A stretch of DNA of 55,307 bases from a virus (IMGVR_UViG_3300012940_000030:1-55307), one strand, 5' to 3'; counted from the stretch's first letter, positions 36,930 through 45,759 are shown. Notes: a model not told the origin generated them from the sequence alone. A program made the numbers and translations.

Positions 36930-38595
36930 GTGCAGCCTCCGTATGCTTGCGAGCTTTAGCGAATGCGATGTTGCGATGCTTGACGAATTGGCGAACGGCA
37001 AACGAGGGCTCTATTGGCCCAACGTTGCTCACCCCTCGTGGCCAGACGCCAGTGGCATCTCGATAGAGATTTGCGGCATGTCCAGTTGACTTCGCGACAC
37101 TGAGAATTTGCGCGTACAAATCCGCCTTCGGAATCTGCGCCAGCGCCTCGTGCTTCGGTCGCTTTCCTTTGCGTCTCTTGCCTCCAAATTCCGTTAGCTC
37201 GCCCTCGATGGTGTGCACGTCGATGCGCTTAGGCAGTGGCGTTCCGCACTCAAGGCACGCGCGCTCACCAACAGGCATCAGCGCAGAACACGTGCCGCAA
37301 CACTTTGGCATCGGAGCAGACTTGTCGCGCTTCTGCGTCTTCGCTTGCTTCTTGGTGCCATCGTCTAGCTCATCGAAGTCAATGTCAGTCACGAACCCAA
37401 GACGGTCGTGGGTGTCTGAGTGGTCCAGAATCAGCGCATCCGACTTGCCTGGTGCGGTACGCAGTGCGCGCCCGACGATCTGAACGAATAAGCTTGGCGA
37501 CTTCGTTGGGCGCGCGAGGATCAAGCATCGCACATCCCAATCAATTCCAGTCGTGAGACACCCGATGTTGCACACGACCTTGATTTCACCGGAGTTGAGT
37601 TTGCGTCCGATCTCTTCACGTTCCTCGCGTGGGGTGTTTGCATCAACGTAGGCGACAGGAACTCCGAACTCTGCGAAGCGGTCGTGCAATGCCCGCGCAT
37701 GATCGCGGCCTGTTGCGAAACAAAGCGTCGGGCGATCCTCTCCGCGCTCAAGCCACGTGCTCACGATGTCAGCAACCAGCTTCGGCTTGTTCATCCGCTC
37801 TGCAAGCTGGCCCTCGTGGAAATCACCCGCCACCGTGGCCACCCCGTCCAGGTCGGGGTGAGATGGCGCGAACACACGAAACGGCGACAGGAACCCCATG
37901 TCGATCAGCTTCGCCATTGACGTGGTTTTGATCAGAGCATCCCAGCGCTTGCCCATGCCCTTAGCCCACGGGGTTGCACTGAGGCCTATGAACAGCGCTG
38001 ACGATTGCTGCATCCAACGGTCATAGACCGCGTGCTGAACGTGACACTCATCGACTACAACCACATCACAGACCGGGAACTTGCGCCGTGCGAGCGTCTG
38101 CGCCGTTGCGATCTGGACGGGCGCGTGTGGACGGCGCCAAGCATGGTCTGCCTGGATAACGCCCATGTCTGAGGCGTCTATGCCGTTTTCGAGAAAGCGT
38201 GCGAACGTCTGGTCAACGAGGCCAATCGTCGGCACGCAGAACACCACCCGGTTTCCCTTGGCGCGAGCACCAGCAACGATGTGCGCTGAGAGTACCGTTT
38301 TTCCGAACCCGCACACGGCTTGCAAAACCGGCCGACGTGCTCCCGAGCGGAGAGCGCTGCGTAAGGCATCCATGGCAGTGAGTTGGTGTGGGCGCAGCGG
38401 CCTCAAGCCGACGATGGCTGGCTGGATAGGCGATTGCCGCCCCAAATTTGGCGTTTGGCGGCTTTTTGACGGCAAGCCGCTACCCATGTAGCCGAAATCT
38501 TCGCGAGCGGCCTCAGCGTGTTCCCTAGCGGCGTTCTCACAAAACGTGAGCAGCGACTCGCAAGCGTCTGAGTTGGATGGGGTTTGCGAGGTCAT
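36916..38595 (-). CDS. superfamily 2 (DExH) helicase with C-terminal zinc finger
   Basis: GFGKT, DECH, SATP, QIVGRALR, CxxC..CxxC. Confidence 0.93.
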   Translation of the reverse strand: MTSQTPSNSDACESLLTFCENAAREHAEAAREDFGYMGSGLPSKSRQTPNLGRQSPIQPAIVGLRPLRPHQLTAMDALRSALRSGARRPVLQAVCGFGKTVLSAHIVAGARAKGNRVVFCVPTIGLVDQTFARFLENGIDASDMGVIQADHAWRRPHAPVQIATAQTLARRKFPVCDVVVVDECHVQHAVYDRWMQQSSALFIGLSATPWAKGMGKRWDALIKTTSMAKLIDMGFLSPFRVFAPSHPDLDGVATVAGDFHEGQLAERMNKPKLVADIVSTWLERGEDRPTLCFATGRDHARALHDRFAEFGVPVAYVDANTPREEREEIGRKLNSGEIKVVCNIGCLTTGIDWDVRCLILARPTKSPSLFVQIVGRALRTAPGKSDALILDHSDTHDRLGFVTDIDFDELDDGTKKQAKTQKRDKSAPMPKCCGTCSALMPVGERACLECGTPLPKRIDVHTIEGELTEFGGKRRKGKRPKHEALAQIPKADLYAQILSVAKSTGHAANLYRDATGVWPRGVSNVGPIEPSFAVRQFVKHRNIAFAKARKHTEAAHGAA

Positions 38596-39071
38596 TGCGG
38601 GCGACCTCCGGGCGTGCAGTGCCCAACTGAAGCCGACCCCCCGCCCCCTACTACCTTTGACGTATCACCTAGAGGATAGGTCTCAATAAAGGTGTCTAAC
38701 TCCCTGGTAGAATAAACCTTAGAAGTAAGTGGAGGGGCCACATTGGCCTCTAGGCCTAGACATACGTTTTGGCCCCTAGGCTTTCTGCGCCTACAGGCCA
38801 CATTGGCCCATAGGAGAACGTATTTTGTCGTCACCCGATGCCCCCTTGAATTGACCTTCCGTTCACGCTCTATGAGCTTGTCTTTCGCCAGCTTGGCGGT
38901 GGCCCGCTTCAACGTTCGTTCCGGCATGTCGAGCATGTGGGACAGATCAGAAATTGAGACCACGACGGCCCCATTACGGTTGGCCATGTACGCCAATCTG
39001 ATCAGCACATGATTGGCGCGGTCGCATCCCGTCCGCTGCTTTAATGCCCACTGAAAGTGCTTCCAACTCAC
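38592..39071 (-). CDS. winged-HTH replication initiator-like protein
   Basis: WA....VLIRLA..AN..G...S...L...ERTLKRA...L. Confidence 0.75.
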   Translation of the reverse strand: MSWKHFQWALKQRTGCDRANHVLIRLAYMANRNGAVVVSISDLSHMLDMPERTLKRATAKLAKDKLIERERKVNSRGHRVTTKYVLLWANVACRRRKPRGQNVCLGLEANVAPPLTSKVYSTRELDTFIETYPLGDTSKVVGGGGSASVGHCTPGGRPQ

Positions 39072-39406
39072 GCGGCATTCCTCCGAAACCCACCGCGAAA
39101 AGCCCGCGTCAATTCCTTCGCCCTCATGTCGATTGTTTCGAGGTCCGCAATGATTGCCCTGTCACCGGATGCAATCACGGCATCTATGCGCCCAATGCCG
39201 TACAGGACCGGGGTGTAGTGCTGGCCAAGCTTGTTTGCGATTTGCAGGATGCTGTAGCCGTGCAACTTGCTGACCCAGGCGGCACACCAACGGGCCTCTG
39301 TCTCAGCCCGCGGCCCGTAACGTCCGCAGAACTTTTCCAGCGGAATGCCGCTGCATTCGCTCGTGGCCTTGATGATGTCGGCTAGGCGGGGGCGTGTAGG
39401 ATTCAT
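39068..39406 (-). CDS. DnaA C-terminal (domain IV)-like HTH protein
   Basis: II...G...AR..A.W...GYS..QIA..LG.HYT.VLYG. Confidence 0.7.
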   Translation of the reverse strand: MNPTRPRLADIIKATSECSGIPLEKFCGRYGPRAETEARWCAAWVSKLHGYSILQIANKLGQHYTPVLYGIGRIDAVIASGDRAIIADLETIDMRAKELTRAFRGGFRRNAA

Positions 39407-39630
39407 GCGGCCCTCCGTTGGTCCAGGAGCGCCGCAAGCATTGCTTGCTTGAGTGAGCGGTAGACGATCTGCCCAACGCGATCACCGCGCTTGGCGCGCC
39501 ATTGCAAGCCATCTTGGACGGTGGCGTATCGCCCGCATGTGGAACGCCATTCGTAGTCACCGGAGCCGACTGCCCAGCATTGCCATGTGATGCCGTTGAT
39601 GGTGAAATCTGGAGCGGAGGAACGCTTCAA
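39403..39630 (-). CDS. hypothetical protein
   Basis: Coupled in operon. Confidence 0.55.
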   Translation of the reverse strand: MKRSSAPDFTINGITWQCWAVGSGDYEWRSTCGRYATVQDGLQWRAKRGDRVGQIVYRSLKQAMLAALLDQRRAA

Positions 39631-39989
39631 GCCCGCGCCCTCCCCATCCCAATAGACGGCGCAATGGAGCGCATCTCACCGAAGAACTTATCGGTGAGAC
39701 GTCCCGCTCTGCGCTCGATGTAGTTGATGCTGTCGATGGTCTGCTGATTGCCGTCTGCGATCTCGGCTGTGATGCGCTCTATGGAGCAGCGGACGCAGGA
39801 ATGATCCCTACCTAGCGTGTTAGCGACCGTGAGGACCGCGTAACCGTTCTTGACGGCAACGTAGGAAATCAGGTGCCGGGCGCGCATGTAGCGGCCCTGA
39901 CGTATGGGCGCGAGAATGTATTTCTCTTCGACGCCGACGACAATGCACGCTGCGCTGATGATGTCGCGCAATCGAGGTCGATTAGACAT
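39627..39989 (-). CDS. DnaA C-terminal (domain IV)-like HTH protein, paralog
   Basis: ARHLISYVA...GY....VA..LGRDHSCV. Confidence 0.75.
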   Translation of the reverse strand: MSNRPRLRDIISAACIVVGVEEKYILAPIRQGRYMRARHLISYVAVKNGYAVLTVANTLGRDHSCVRCSIERITAEIADGNQQTIDSINYIERRAGRLTDKFFGEMRSIAPSIGMGRARA

Positions 39990-40066
39990 GCAAACCCCTA
40001 TCTATTCGGGGCGTGCGTCTTGACCTTCGCAGCAAATCGGCGCATACAATTCGCATGTGCTGCGTA

Positions 40067-40190
40067 GGGCAAAACTCAAGCCCACAAGCGACCCGCCAAG
40101 GTCGCCATTTCCTGAAGTTGATCCGCCAAGATCATAGAAACAGTCGAACCCTGATCGAGCCCGCCAGCTCCTTCGGGGTTCCTCGTTTTT
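40067..40190. ncRNA. structured element with three CCGCCA-loop hairpins (sRNA or leader element)
   Basis: Three different stems with the same loop; promoter-like TTGACC...TACAAT upstream on +, T-run downstream. Confidence 0.6.
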
Positions 40191-40398
40191 AGTCGTCGTG
40201 TTCGTCCATAAACTTCAGCGTCGGCAACGTGATCGGCTTGTCCCGCCTAGCAAGGCTCGCTGTCTGCGCATCACGAACCGTTTTCTCTGTCTTGGTTGGT
40301 CGGCGCTTGAACACGAATGCTGATCGCAAGCCGTTCGGCCTGCACTGCTCAGACCCGCCGTATTTGCGAGCCGACGACCAGTTCATTCGGTTGGACAT
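40189..40398 (-). CDS. small basic protein
   Basis: TGATG coupling; ends KPITLPTLKFMD. Confidence 0.6.
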   Translation of the reverse strand: MSNRMNWSSARKYGGSEQCRPNGLRSAFVFKRRPTKTEKTVRDAQTASLARRDKPITLPTLKFMDEHDD

Positions 40399-40496
40399 CA
40401 GGCCCGCAGCACAATGACGGTTGCGATCACGAGGCAACAGGCAGCTCCGAGGACAAGCCCTGAAAGGACGGCTGCAAACGCAGGGTTTCTATCCAT
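40398..40496 (-). CDS. 32-aa single-pass membrane peptide
   Basis: MDRNPAFAAVLSGLVLGAACCLVIATVIVLRA; coupled. Confidence 0.5.
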   Translation of the reverse strand: MDRNPAFAAVLSGLVLGAACCLVIATVIVLRA

Positions 40497-40641
40497 GCTG
40501 CTCTGCTCCCGCATTCATGATGGTTTCAATCTCGACGCCTTCGCCCCACCAGAAGAGAACCGTGCTCTGGTGCCACCCCTGCATTTCATATCTGCGGAGC
40601 TTGGTGATTGCGTCGTCGATGGCTTGCGCGAGTTGGCTCAT
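40489..40641 (-). CDS. 50-aa hypothetical protein, first gene of the leftward early operon
   Basis: GAGGA RBS; MSQLAQAIDDAITKLRRYE. Confidence 0.6.
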   Translation of the reverse strand: MSQLAQAIDDAITKLRRYEMQGWHQSTVLFWWGEGVEIETIMNAGAEQHG

Positions 40642-40889
40642 TTGATCCTCTGAATTAGTACGGGCGATGCGCGGATTTCACGGCATGCAAAAATCCCCTC
40701 AGGGCCACCATCGCCAACCGCATCTGCGCTTTCGTCAGTTCGATCCGCCCGCTGACCGATGGACCTTCCGACGATGGTGGGAACAGTCACTTTGCGAGAT
40801 GCAGGATGGGGACGGCTCATCACCGTGCCGATGCCTCGCGGCAAGGGCTTCCTGCACCCGGCAAAATGACCGGCACTCAAACGCTACGG

Positions 40890-40954
40890 AGAAAAGCGGC
40901 CGGTGATCAGAACGAGACCCGGCCTAAGTCTAGGGAGGAACGCCCAAGGTGGGC
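40890..40954 (-). ncRNA. MmgR/suhB (alpha-r8)-like small RNA
   Basis: Hairpin, GUUCCUCCCUAGACUU, GGCCGG..CCGGCC hairpin, U-rich tail. Confidence 0.65.
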
Positions 40955-41368
40955 TGGTACTGCTCTAGGGAACAGCACCGCGAAGCCGATCAGAGTGGCC
41001 TGGCCAGACCTTGCTGCCTGCTCCGGTGCCTATCTGGCTAACCGGCTCCGTCCCAACCCTGCCAGCTTTCAGGACGATGGTTTGGAGTGCAGGTATCCAA
41101 TCGACTTCGCGCTACTGTCCTCAACGCCACAGCAGGCCCCTGGGTCCTCAACCTCGCGCATCATGGGTGAGACCACCGTGCGCACGCGGTTCGTGGCCGC
41201 TGTCTCGCCAGGGGCCAGCTCTAGCGCTGGCTACTCGGAACTAACGACCGGGGAGTGGCTGCCCTCACAAACCACCCCCCGGTCTCGGCTACCCCCGCCG
41301 ATGCCCTTACGGGCCGTTCCATCGGCAATGGGAAAGTGTACGTCGCACTCGCGCCACGGTGGCGTGCT

Positions 41369-41438
41369 ACGTAAATTGACTTTACGTGATAGGAGGCGTA
41401 TATGTCAACAGGTGTAATCTGGAAAAATCGTTTTACGT
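41369..41438 (-). promoter_or_regulatory. leftward early promoter with repressor operators (OR-like)
   Basis: Perfect palindrome ACGTAAA-N5-TTTACGT at 41369-41387 over the -10; minus strand TTGACA-N18-TAAAGT; second half-site at 41432-41438. Confidence 0.75.
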
Positions 41439-41473
41439 GCGCGGCATGGCGAGTTGTGTGAAGACTCGCCCTC

Positions 41474-41749
41474 ATGGAAAGGTTTGAGACCAAGGTGAAA
41501 AAGGCTTTTGCGGAGCGGCTACGCAGCGCTCGCGAAGCGGCTGGCTATAAGACGATGGCCGACTTTGCCGATGCCATGGGCGTCGAACCACCCACATATC
41601 GCTATTGGGAGCGCGGGCAATCTCTTCCCGACCTGCCCCAGCTCACGCGGATATGCCAGCTTTTGGATATTGAGCCGAATGACCTTCTGCCATTGGGTAA
41701 GCGGCGCCGCCCTACCCATATGGACACAGATGGAAAATCCGCAGCATGA
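41474..41749 (+). CDS. CI-like XRE repressor (no peptidase domain)
   Basis: FAERLRSARE..G...DFA..MGV...TY.YWERGQS.PDL; flanked by operators. Confidence 0.88.
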   Translation: MERFETKVKKAFAERLRSAREAAGYKTMADFADAMGVEPPTYRYWERGQSLPDLPQLTRICQLLDIEPNDLLPLGKRRRPTHMDTDGKSAA

Positions 41750-42181
41750 GGTATCTACAAGCTGTGTTCGGGGCGGTGAATGACAATCACCGCAAGGGCA
41801 CCTCAGTCAGGCTGTATCGAAAGATTAGATTACTAGCCCAAACCAAAGAGGACGCGAGCTAGCCCCTGGCTACTCGGCATCGTTTCCTGCTCGATGACAA
41901 CTGAGGGCGGATGGTGGCCCACCTCAGGCTGGGCGACCCGCCGCGATGCGCTTGATGACCTAGCGCGGAGATGGCCCGGTCTGATGCGGCAACAGTCATA
42001 GACAGTATGCGCTTCATCTAATCCTCCACCCTAATATACCAAATAGGGTGCGCATCGCGCGAACCTGACGCAAGTCACGGTCGTGCTCTGTCCACAGACA
42101 TAAAACACATTCACGCCCCGTGCGATTCTCAACGATTAGGCCGTCGCGGCTCTGATCCAGGATGATCCCCGTTGCATAAGC

Positions 42182-42241
42182 CCGTAAAAAATATTTGCAT
42201 TTTCCTGTTGACGGGCGTGGCAACGTAAAGTAGTTTTACGC
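42182..42241 (+). promoter_or_regulatory. rightward early promoter with two operators (OL-like)
   Basis: TTGACG-N17-TAGTTT; CCGTAAA-N5-TTTGCAT and ACGTAAA-N5-TTTACGC. Confidence 0.75.
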
Positions 42242-42353
42242 ACATAAACGAGCGCCGAGCGGGTCGCCACTAGCCAAACCTGATGGCCCGCTCGGCAGAG
42301 AAACGAACAACAGGGCACGGCGTCTTTCTTCGCAACCATTCAGCGCACGGAGA

Positions 42354-42533
42354 ATGACGATGGACGGACTAACACACGAGCAAACTCAACAATTCCTGAG
42401 GGGCTATTTCGCTGCCCTGAGGAACGAACCCATAGACCATCACGAGACCCCGGAATGGAAGGACGGTTACGCCTTCCGCGTTCAGGTGATGGCCGAAAAG
42501 GCGGAACGGAGACTGCAATGCAGGCTGCACTGA
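42354..42533 (+). CDS. small protein, weakly Rmf-like
   Basis: GGAG RBS; FLRGY.A...EW.DGY. Confidence 0.6.
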   Translation: MTMDGLTHEQTQQFLRGYFAALRNEPIDHHETPEWKDGYAFRVQVMAEKAERRLQCRLH

Positions 42534-42877
42534 CCCAGATCGACAGCCGCCCGAAGTGGCAGCAGCTCATGGACGCGCACGCTGCGGAATGCCGTAGCCG
42601 CGATCTGATCCAGCCGTTGCGTCCCTTCATCTCTAACACCGAGCGTCGGCGGGCAATCACGCTCTGCATGCCGATGTGGTTGGACGAGCTTGAGGCGACT
42701 GACGTTGCGGGCCGCAAGCGTGTTGTGGAGCGGTTGGGCCAAGCATTGCTGGTCGAAGATCGTCGGCGCCGCACGGGAAGCTGGAATTATCTACCCGGAC
42801 GCCACCGGCACATGCTCGCAGTCTACAAGCGCGAGTTGGCGGACCTCAATGCAGCGATGGCACGGAGGGCGGCATGA
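42518..42877 (+). CDS. hypothetical protein (DUF6477-like)
   Basis: E.RRRRTGSWNY...RH..ML..YKRE. Confidence 0.65.
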   Translation: MQAALTQIDSRPKWQQLMDAHAAECRSRDLIQPLRPFISNTERRRAITLCMPMWLDELEATDVAGRKRVVERLGQALLVEDRRRRTGSWNYLPGRHRHMLAVYKRELADLNAAMARRAA

Positions 42878-42993
42878 TCTCCCTCCCCATCGACTACACC
42901 CCCGACGCATCAACCATCCTCATGGCCATTGTGGCCGTTGAATTCATCTACGCTTGCGTTTGGACGCGCAAGAAGATCGTGAGAAACCGATGA
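42874..42993 (+). CDS. 39-aa membrane peptide
   Basis: ATGA overlaps at both ends; hydrophobic core. Confidence 0.5.
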   Translation: MISLPIDYTPDASTILMAIVAVEFIYACVWTRKKIVRNR

Positions 42994-43352
42994 ACGCTCA
43001 GTGTCAAGCAGCGGCCGACCTCGCATTCTTCGTCCACGAGACGTTGGAACTAGCGAACCCTGATGCAGTCGGAACGCTCGCGAAACTCGCCAACAACGTC
43101 CTGGACGCAATCCACCTCCCGCAACTCAAGCTCTCACCCGAAGAGATAGAGCGCCGCAAGCTCCTATCAGAGTTTCGGCATCCGTCACGCGACCGAGAGG
43201 AAACGGAGTGGGACCGGGAGCACGTCATCAGCGCCAGACACAAGGCGATGACGAAGGACGCAGAGATTGCGCGAGTGGTTCAATCCACTTTGCCGCCGAA
43301 CGTCCTGCGGTTCCCCGTTGTGCCGCGTCTCAACTCAGAGGTGACGCGATGA
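42990..43352 (+). CDS. hypothetical protein
   Basis: Coupled; NVLRFP motif. Confidence 0.65.
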   Translation: MNAQCQAAADLAFFVHETLELANPDAVGTLAKLANNVLDAIHLPQLKLSPEEIERRKLLSEFRHPSRDREETEWDREHVISARHKAMTKDAEIARVVQSTLPPNVLRFPVVPRLNSEVTR

Positions 43353-43501
43353 TCGAGGATGATGGAATTCCGTTTGACCTCGCCGAAGAGGACCGGATTT
43401 CCACCGACTACACGAGCGACATGCATACCGCAGAGATCATCGCGGGCGTTGTTGTCGGGTCGCTACTTGCCGCTGCGGCGGTTTGGTTTTTGCTGGCTTA
43501 G
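43349..43501 (+). CDS. small membrane-anchored protein
   Basis: GAGG RBS; C-terminal hydrophobic helix. Confidence 0.6.
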   Translation: MIEDDGIPFDLAEEDRISTDYTSDMHTAEIIAGVVVGSLLAAAAVWFLLA

Positions 43502-43504
43502 GGG

Positions 43505-44329
43505 ATGACAATGGACGGCTTTGATCCAGTAACGGGTGAAGTTTCGGACGCGCCGACGTCAGAACGAGCGCTCATGGCTGGGCGCCTGGAGCGAGCCGAG
43601 CGGGCGGAGCGAAAGCACGCGGCTGTCGTTGGAACATCTAACCTGAACGGAAAGATTGACGCGGCCCTAGCGCAAATCCAGCCTGTTCTCAAGAACAACA
43701 AGCTGGAGAAGGACAAGCCGGGCCAACGCGGCAACTACACAAGTCTTGATCGCATCGCCGCAATACTCATTCCACGTCTGCGCTCTGAAGGCGTGATGCT
43801 GCGCTGGAATGCGGGTCACGTCTTCACGATGGATAAGACGTACTGGCTGCCGGTGACTTGCTACCTGATAGACCGCGAGACCGGCGAAAGCGTTGAGTGC
43901 ACGCTGCCAATGCCAATCTCGCAGGTCAATCCGCATGGGCTGGCAAGCGCCTTCACCTATGGGCGACGCCTTACGGTGCTTGGGGCAACGGGCCTTGTGA
44001 CCGGCGATGAGGGCGAGGACGACGATGGCATGGCGGCTATGCCCCGCGCCATGGAAGTAGAGAGCGAGGTTGACTCTCTCAAGCGCGAGCTTCTGGAGAA
44101 CCCCACCGAAGCCGAAGCCGTCAAATGGAAGGCAGCGGTCCACAAGCGCCTACAGGATTTGGAGGCCGACGACTTTGAGGCCGTGAAGGTTGCGTTTCAG
44201 GATCACGTCAAGAGCATTCGGGCCAAGATAGCGAGCGGAGAGGTGCCAGCCCCAAAGCCGTCGAAGCCAACGCGCGGCGGTCCCAAAGAGCGCATAGCTG
44301 CCACACATAGCGACGGTGGCACGGCATGA
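43505..44329 (+). CDS. erf: ERF-family single-strand annealing recombinase
   Basis: Y.SL, ASAFTYGRR..VLG..GL....EDDDG. Confidence 0.88.
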   Translation: MTMDGFDPVTGEVSDAPTSERALMAGRLERAERAERKHAAVVGTSNLNGKIDAALAQIQPVLKNNKLEKDKPGQRGNYTSLDRIAAILIPRLRSEGVMLRWNAGHVFTMDKTYWLPVTCYLIDRETGESVECTLPMPISQVNPHGLASAFTYGRRLTVLGATGLVTGDEGEDDDGMAAMPRAMEVESEVDSLKRELLENPTEAEAVKWKAAVHKRLQDLEADDFEAVKVAFQDHVKSIRAKIASGEVPAPKPSKPTRGGPKERIAATHSDGGTA

Positions 44330-44706
44330 GCACCATAAGCAAACGCGCCCTAGAGGCAGGCCAGCCGCAACAGTCTCCCCGTCTCATTTCAGACGCTGAG
44401 CTTGAGAAGGCACTGGATTGGCTGCGGGACAACGCCAAGACAATTGGAGACGCAAAAGCGGAAAGCGTCAGAGCTGGCCACATGGTGAAGCACACCAAGG
44501 CGCTAGCGATGAAAATGCACAGCGAGCTTCCCGTCAGTGCCCAGGAGCGGGAAGCATACGCGTCGGACGAATACAAGAAAGCAATCGAGCGCGATGCGAT
44601 AGCTGCCGGTGAATACGAGAAGCTGCGGGCACTGCGTGAGGCCGCGGCGCTCAAGATCGAGAGCTGGCGGTCGGAGCAGGCCAATTTCAGGGCGATGAAG
44701 GTATGA
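44326..44706 (+). CDS. conserved phage coiled-coil protein
   Basis: EREAYAS..Y...IESWRSEQAN.R. Confidence 0.75.
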   Translation: MSTISKRALEAGQPQQSPRLISDAELEKALDWLRDNAKTIGDAKAESVRAGHMVKHTKALAMKMHSELPVSAQEREAYASDEYKKAIERDAIAAGEYEKLRALREAAALKIESWRSEQANFRAMKV

Positions 44707-45140
44707 CCGACCTCCGCGGAATCCACCTGTACGGAAATTTCCGACCATCGAAGTCTGAGCGCAGCAAGAAGCACGCATCCGCACAGAAGCGCCGGGCGGG
44801 CAATGACGAAAAGTACGCAGCCCTGCTTCGCCAGTGCCCATGTGTCGCCACTCTGAAAATGCCAGCCGGGCAAATCCACCACTTAAAGGGCGGGCTGGCG
44901 TCGAAGGAACGCGGCGTAAACATGCGGGCCACGGACAAGTGGGGCCTGCCATTGAGTTACGAAGCCCACATCCTTGGCGTTGAGCGCGTGCCATCTAGCC
45001 GGGAGCACCAGTGGTTCCAGGATAACGGAATTGACGACCCATACGAGCTGGCAGCTGCGCTCTACAGCGCACCACGAGACGTTGCAGCGATGACGAAAAT
45101 CATTCTGGCGCATAGGCGCCCGACCAAAGCAGCGGAGTGA
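44703..45140 (+). CDS. DUF968-like HNH-type nuclease
   Basis: LRQCPCV...HHL...D.W.LPL...H. Confidence 0.7.
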   Translation: MTDLRGIHLYGNFRPSKSERSKKHASAQKRRAGNDEKYAALLRQCPCVATLKMPAGQIHHLKGGLASKERGVNMRATDKWGLPLSYEAHILGVERVPSSREHQWFQDNGIDDPYELAAALYSAPRDVAAMTKIILAHRRPTKAAE

Positions 45141-45403
45141 TCCCCATGACCACAGATACGAAAGATGATGGTGGACCGGCGTTTCCTGTTCAGGAACTAA
45201 ATGCGGATGGCAGCCCGGCTACGCTAACTCTTGGCGCGACCCTCCGCGACTATTTCGCAGCGAAGGCACTTATCGGATTGATCAGCGAGCACGCGCACCC
45301 GCAGTCAGCAGGCTCTTGGGGCCATATCGATGAGTTGGCCGACAAAGCCTTCGAGTTTGCAGACGCCATGCTCTCTGCCCGCAAGCAGGAGCCCACCCCA
45401 TGA
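45137..45403 (+). CDS. conserved phage hypothetical protein
   Basis: GGPAFP...TLRDYFAAKA...ADAML.AR. Confidence 0.8.
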   Translation: MIPMTTDTKDDGGPAFPVQELNADGSPATLTLGATLRDYFAAKALIGLISEHAHPQSAGSWGHIDELADKAFEFADAMLSARKQEPTP

Positions 45404-45759
45404 CAGACACAATGGAACAGGGTGAAGGGTGTGGGGAGAAGTTTACTCCTGGGCCTTGGCGAGTAATCAGCAACTCACCAACCGACATATACGTCCGTGA
45501 CGACGGCGGCCTGATCGCACGCGGGGCTACTCCGACGTTCTATCCCGACCAACACGACAGATACGTTGCGGAACTCGCAGAGTACGCCGCCAACGCCCGT
45601 CTGATCGCATCAGCACCAGAACTGTATGAGGCTCTACAGCGCTGCGTGGCACATATGACCGACCACCCCATGTTCAACGACCCCGACGCTGGCGAGTGTG
45701 AAACGCTGCGCATTGCCCGTGCAGCCCTCCTCAAAGCATCAGGAGGGAAGGATGTCTAA
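45400..45759 (+). CDS. conserved phage hypothetical protein
   Basis: TPGPW...ANARLIASAPELYEAL. Confidence 0.8.
   Translation: MTDTMEQGEGCGEKFTPGPWRVISNSPTDIYVRDDGGLIARGATPTFYPDQHDRYVAELAEYAANARLIASAPELYEALQRCVAHMTDHPMFNDPDAGECETLRIARAALLKASGGKDV

Noticed and set aside
40715-40765. Hammerhead ribozyme (CUGACGA on the minus strand)
   Set aside because: No stem II followed by GAAA and no correctly placed cleavage triplet
40806-41417. 203-aa plus-strand ORF or 90-aa minus ORF as cro
   Set aside because: No HTH pattern, no RBS, and they cross the operator and structured RNA
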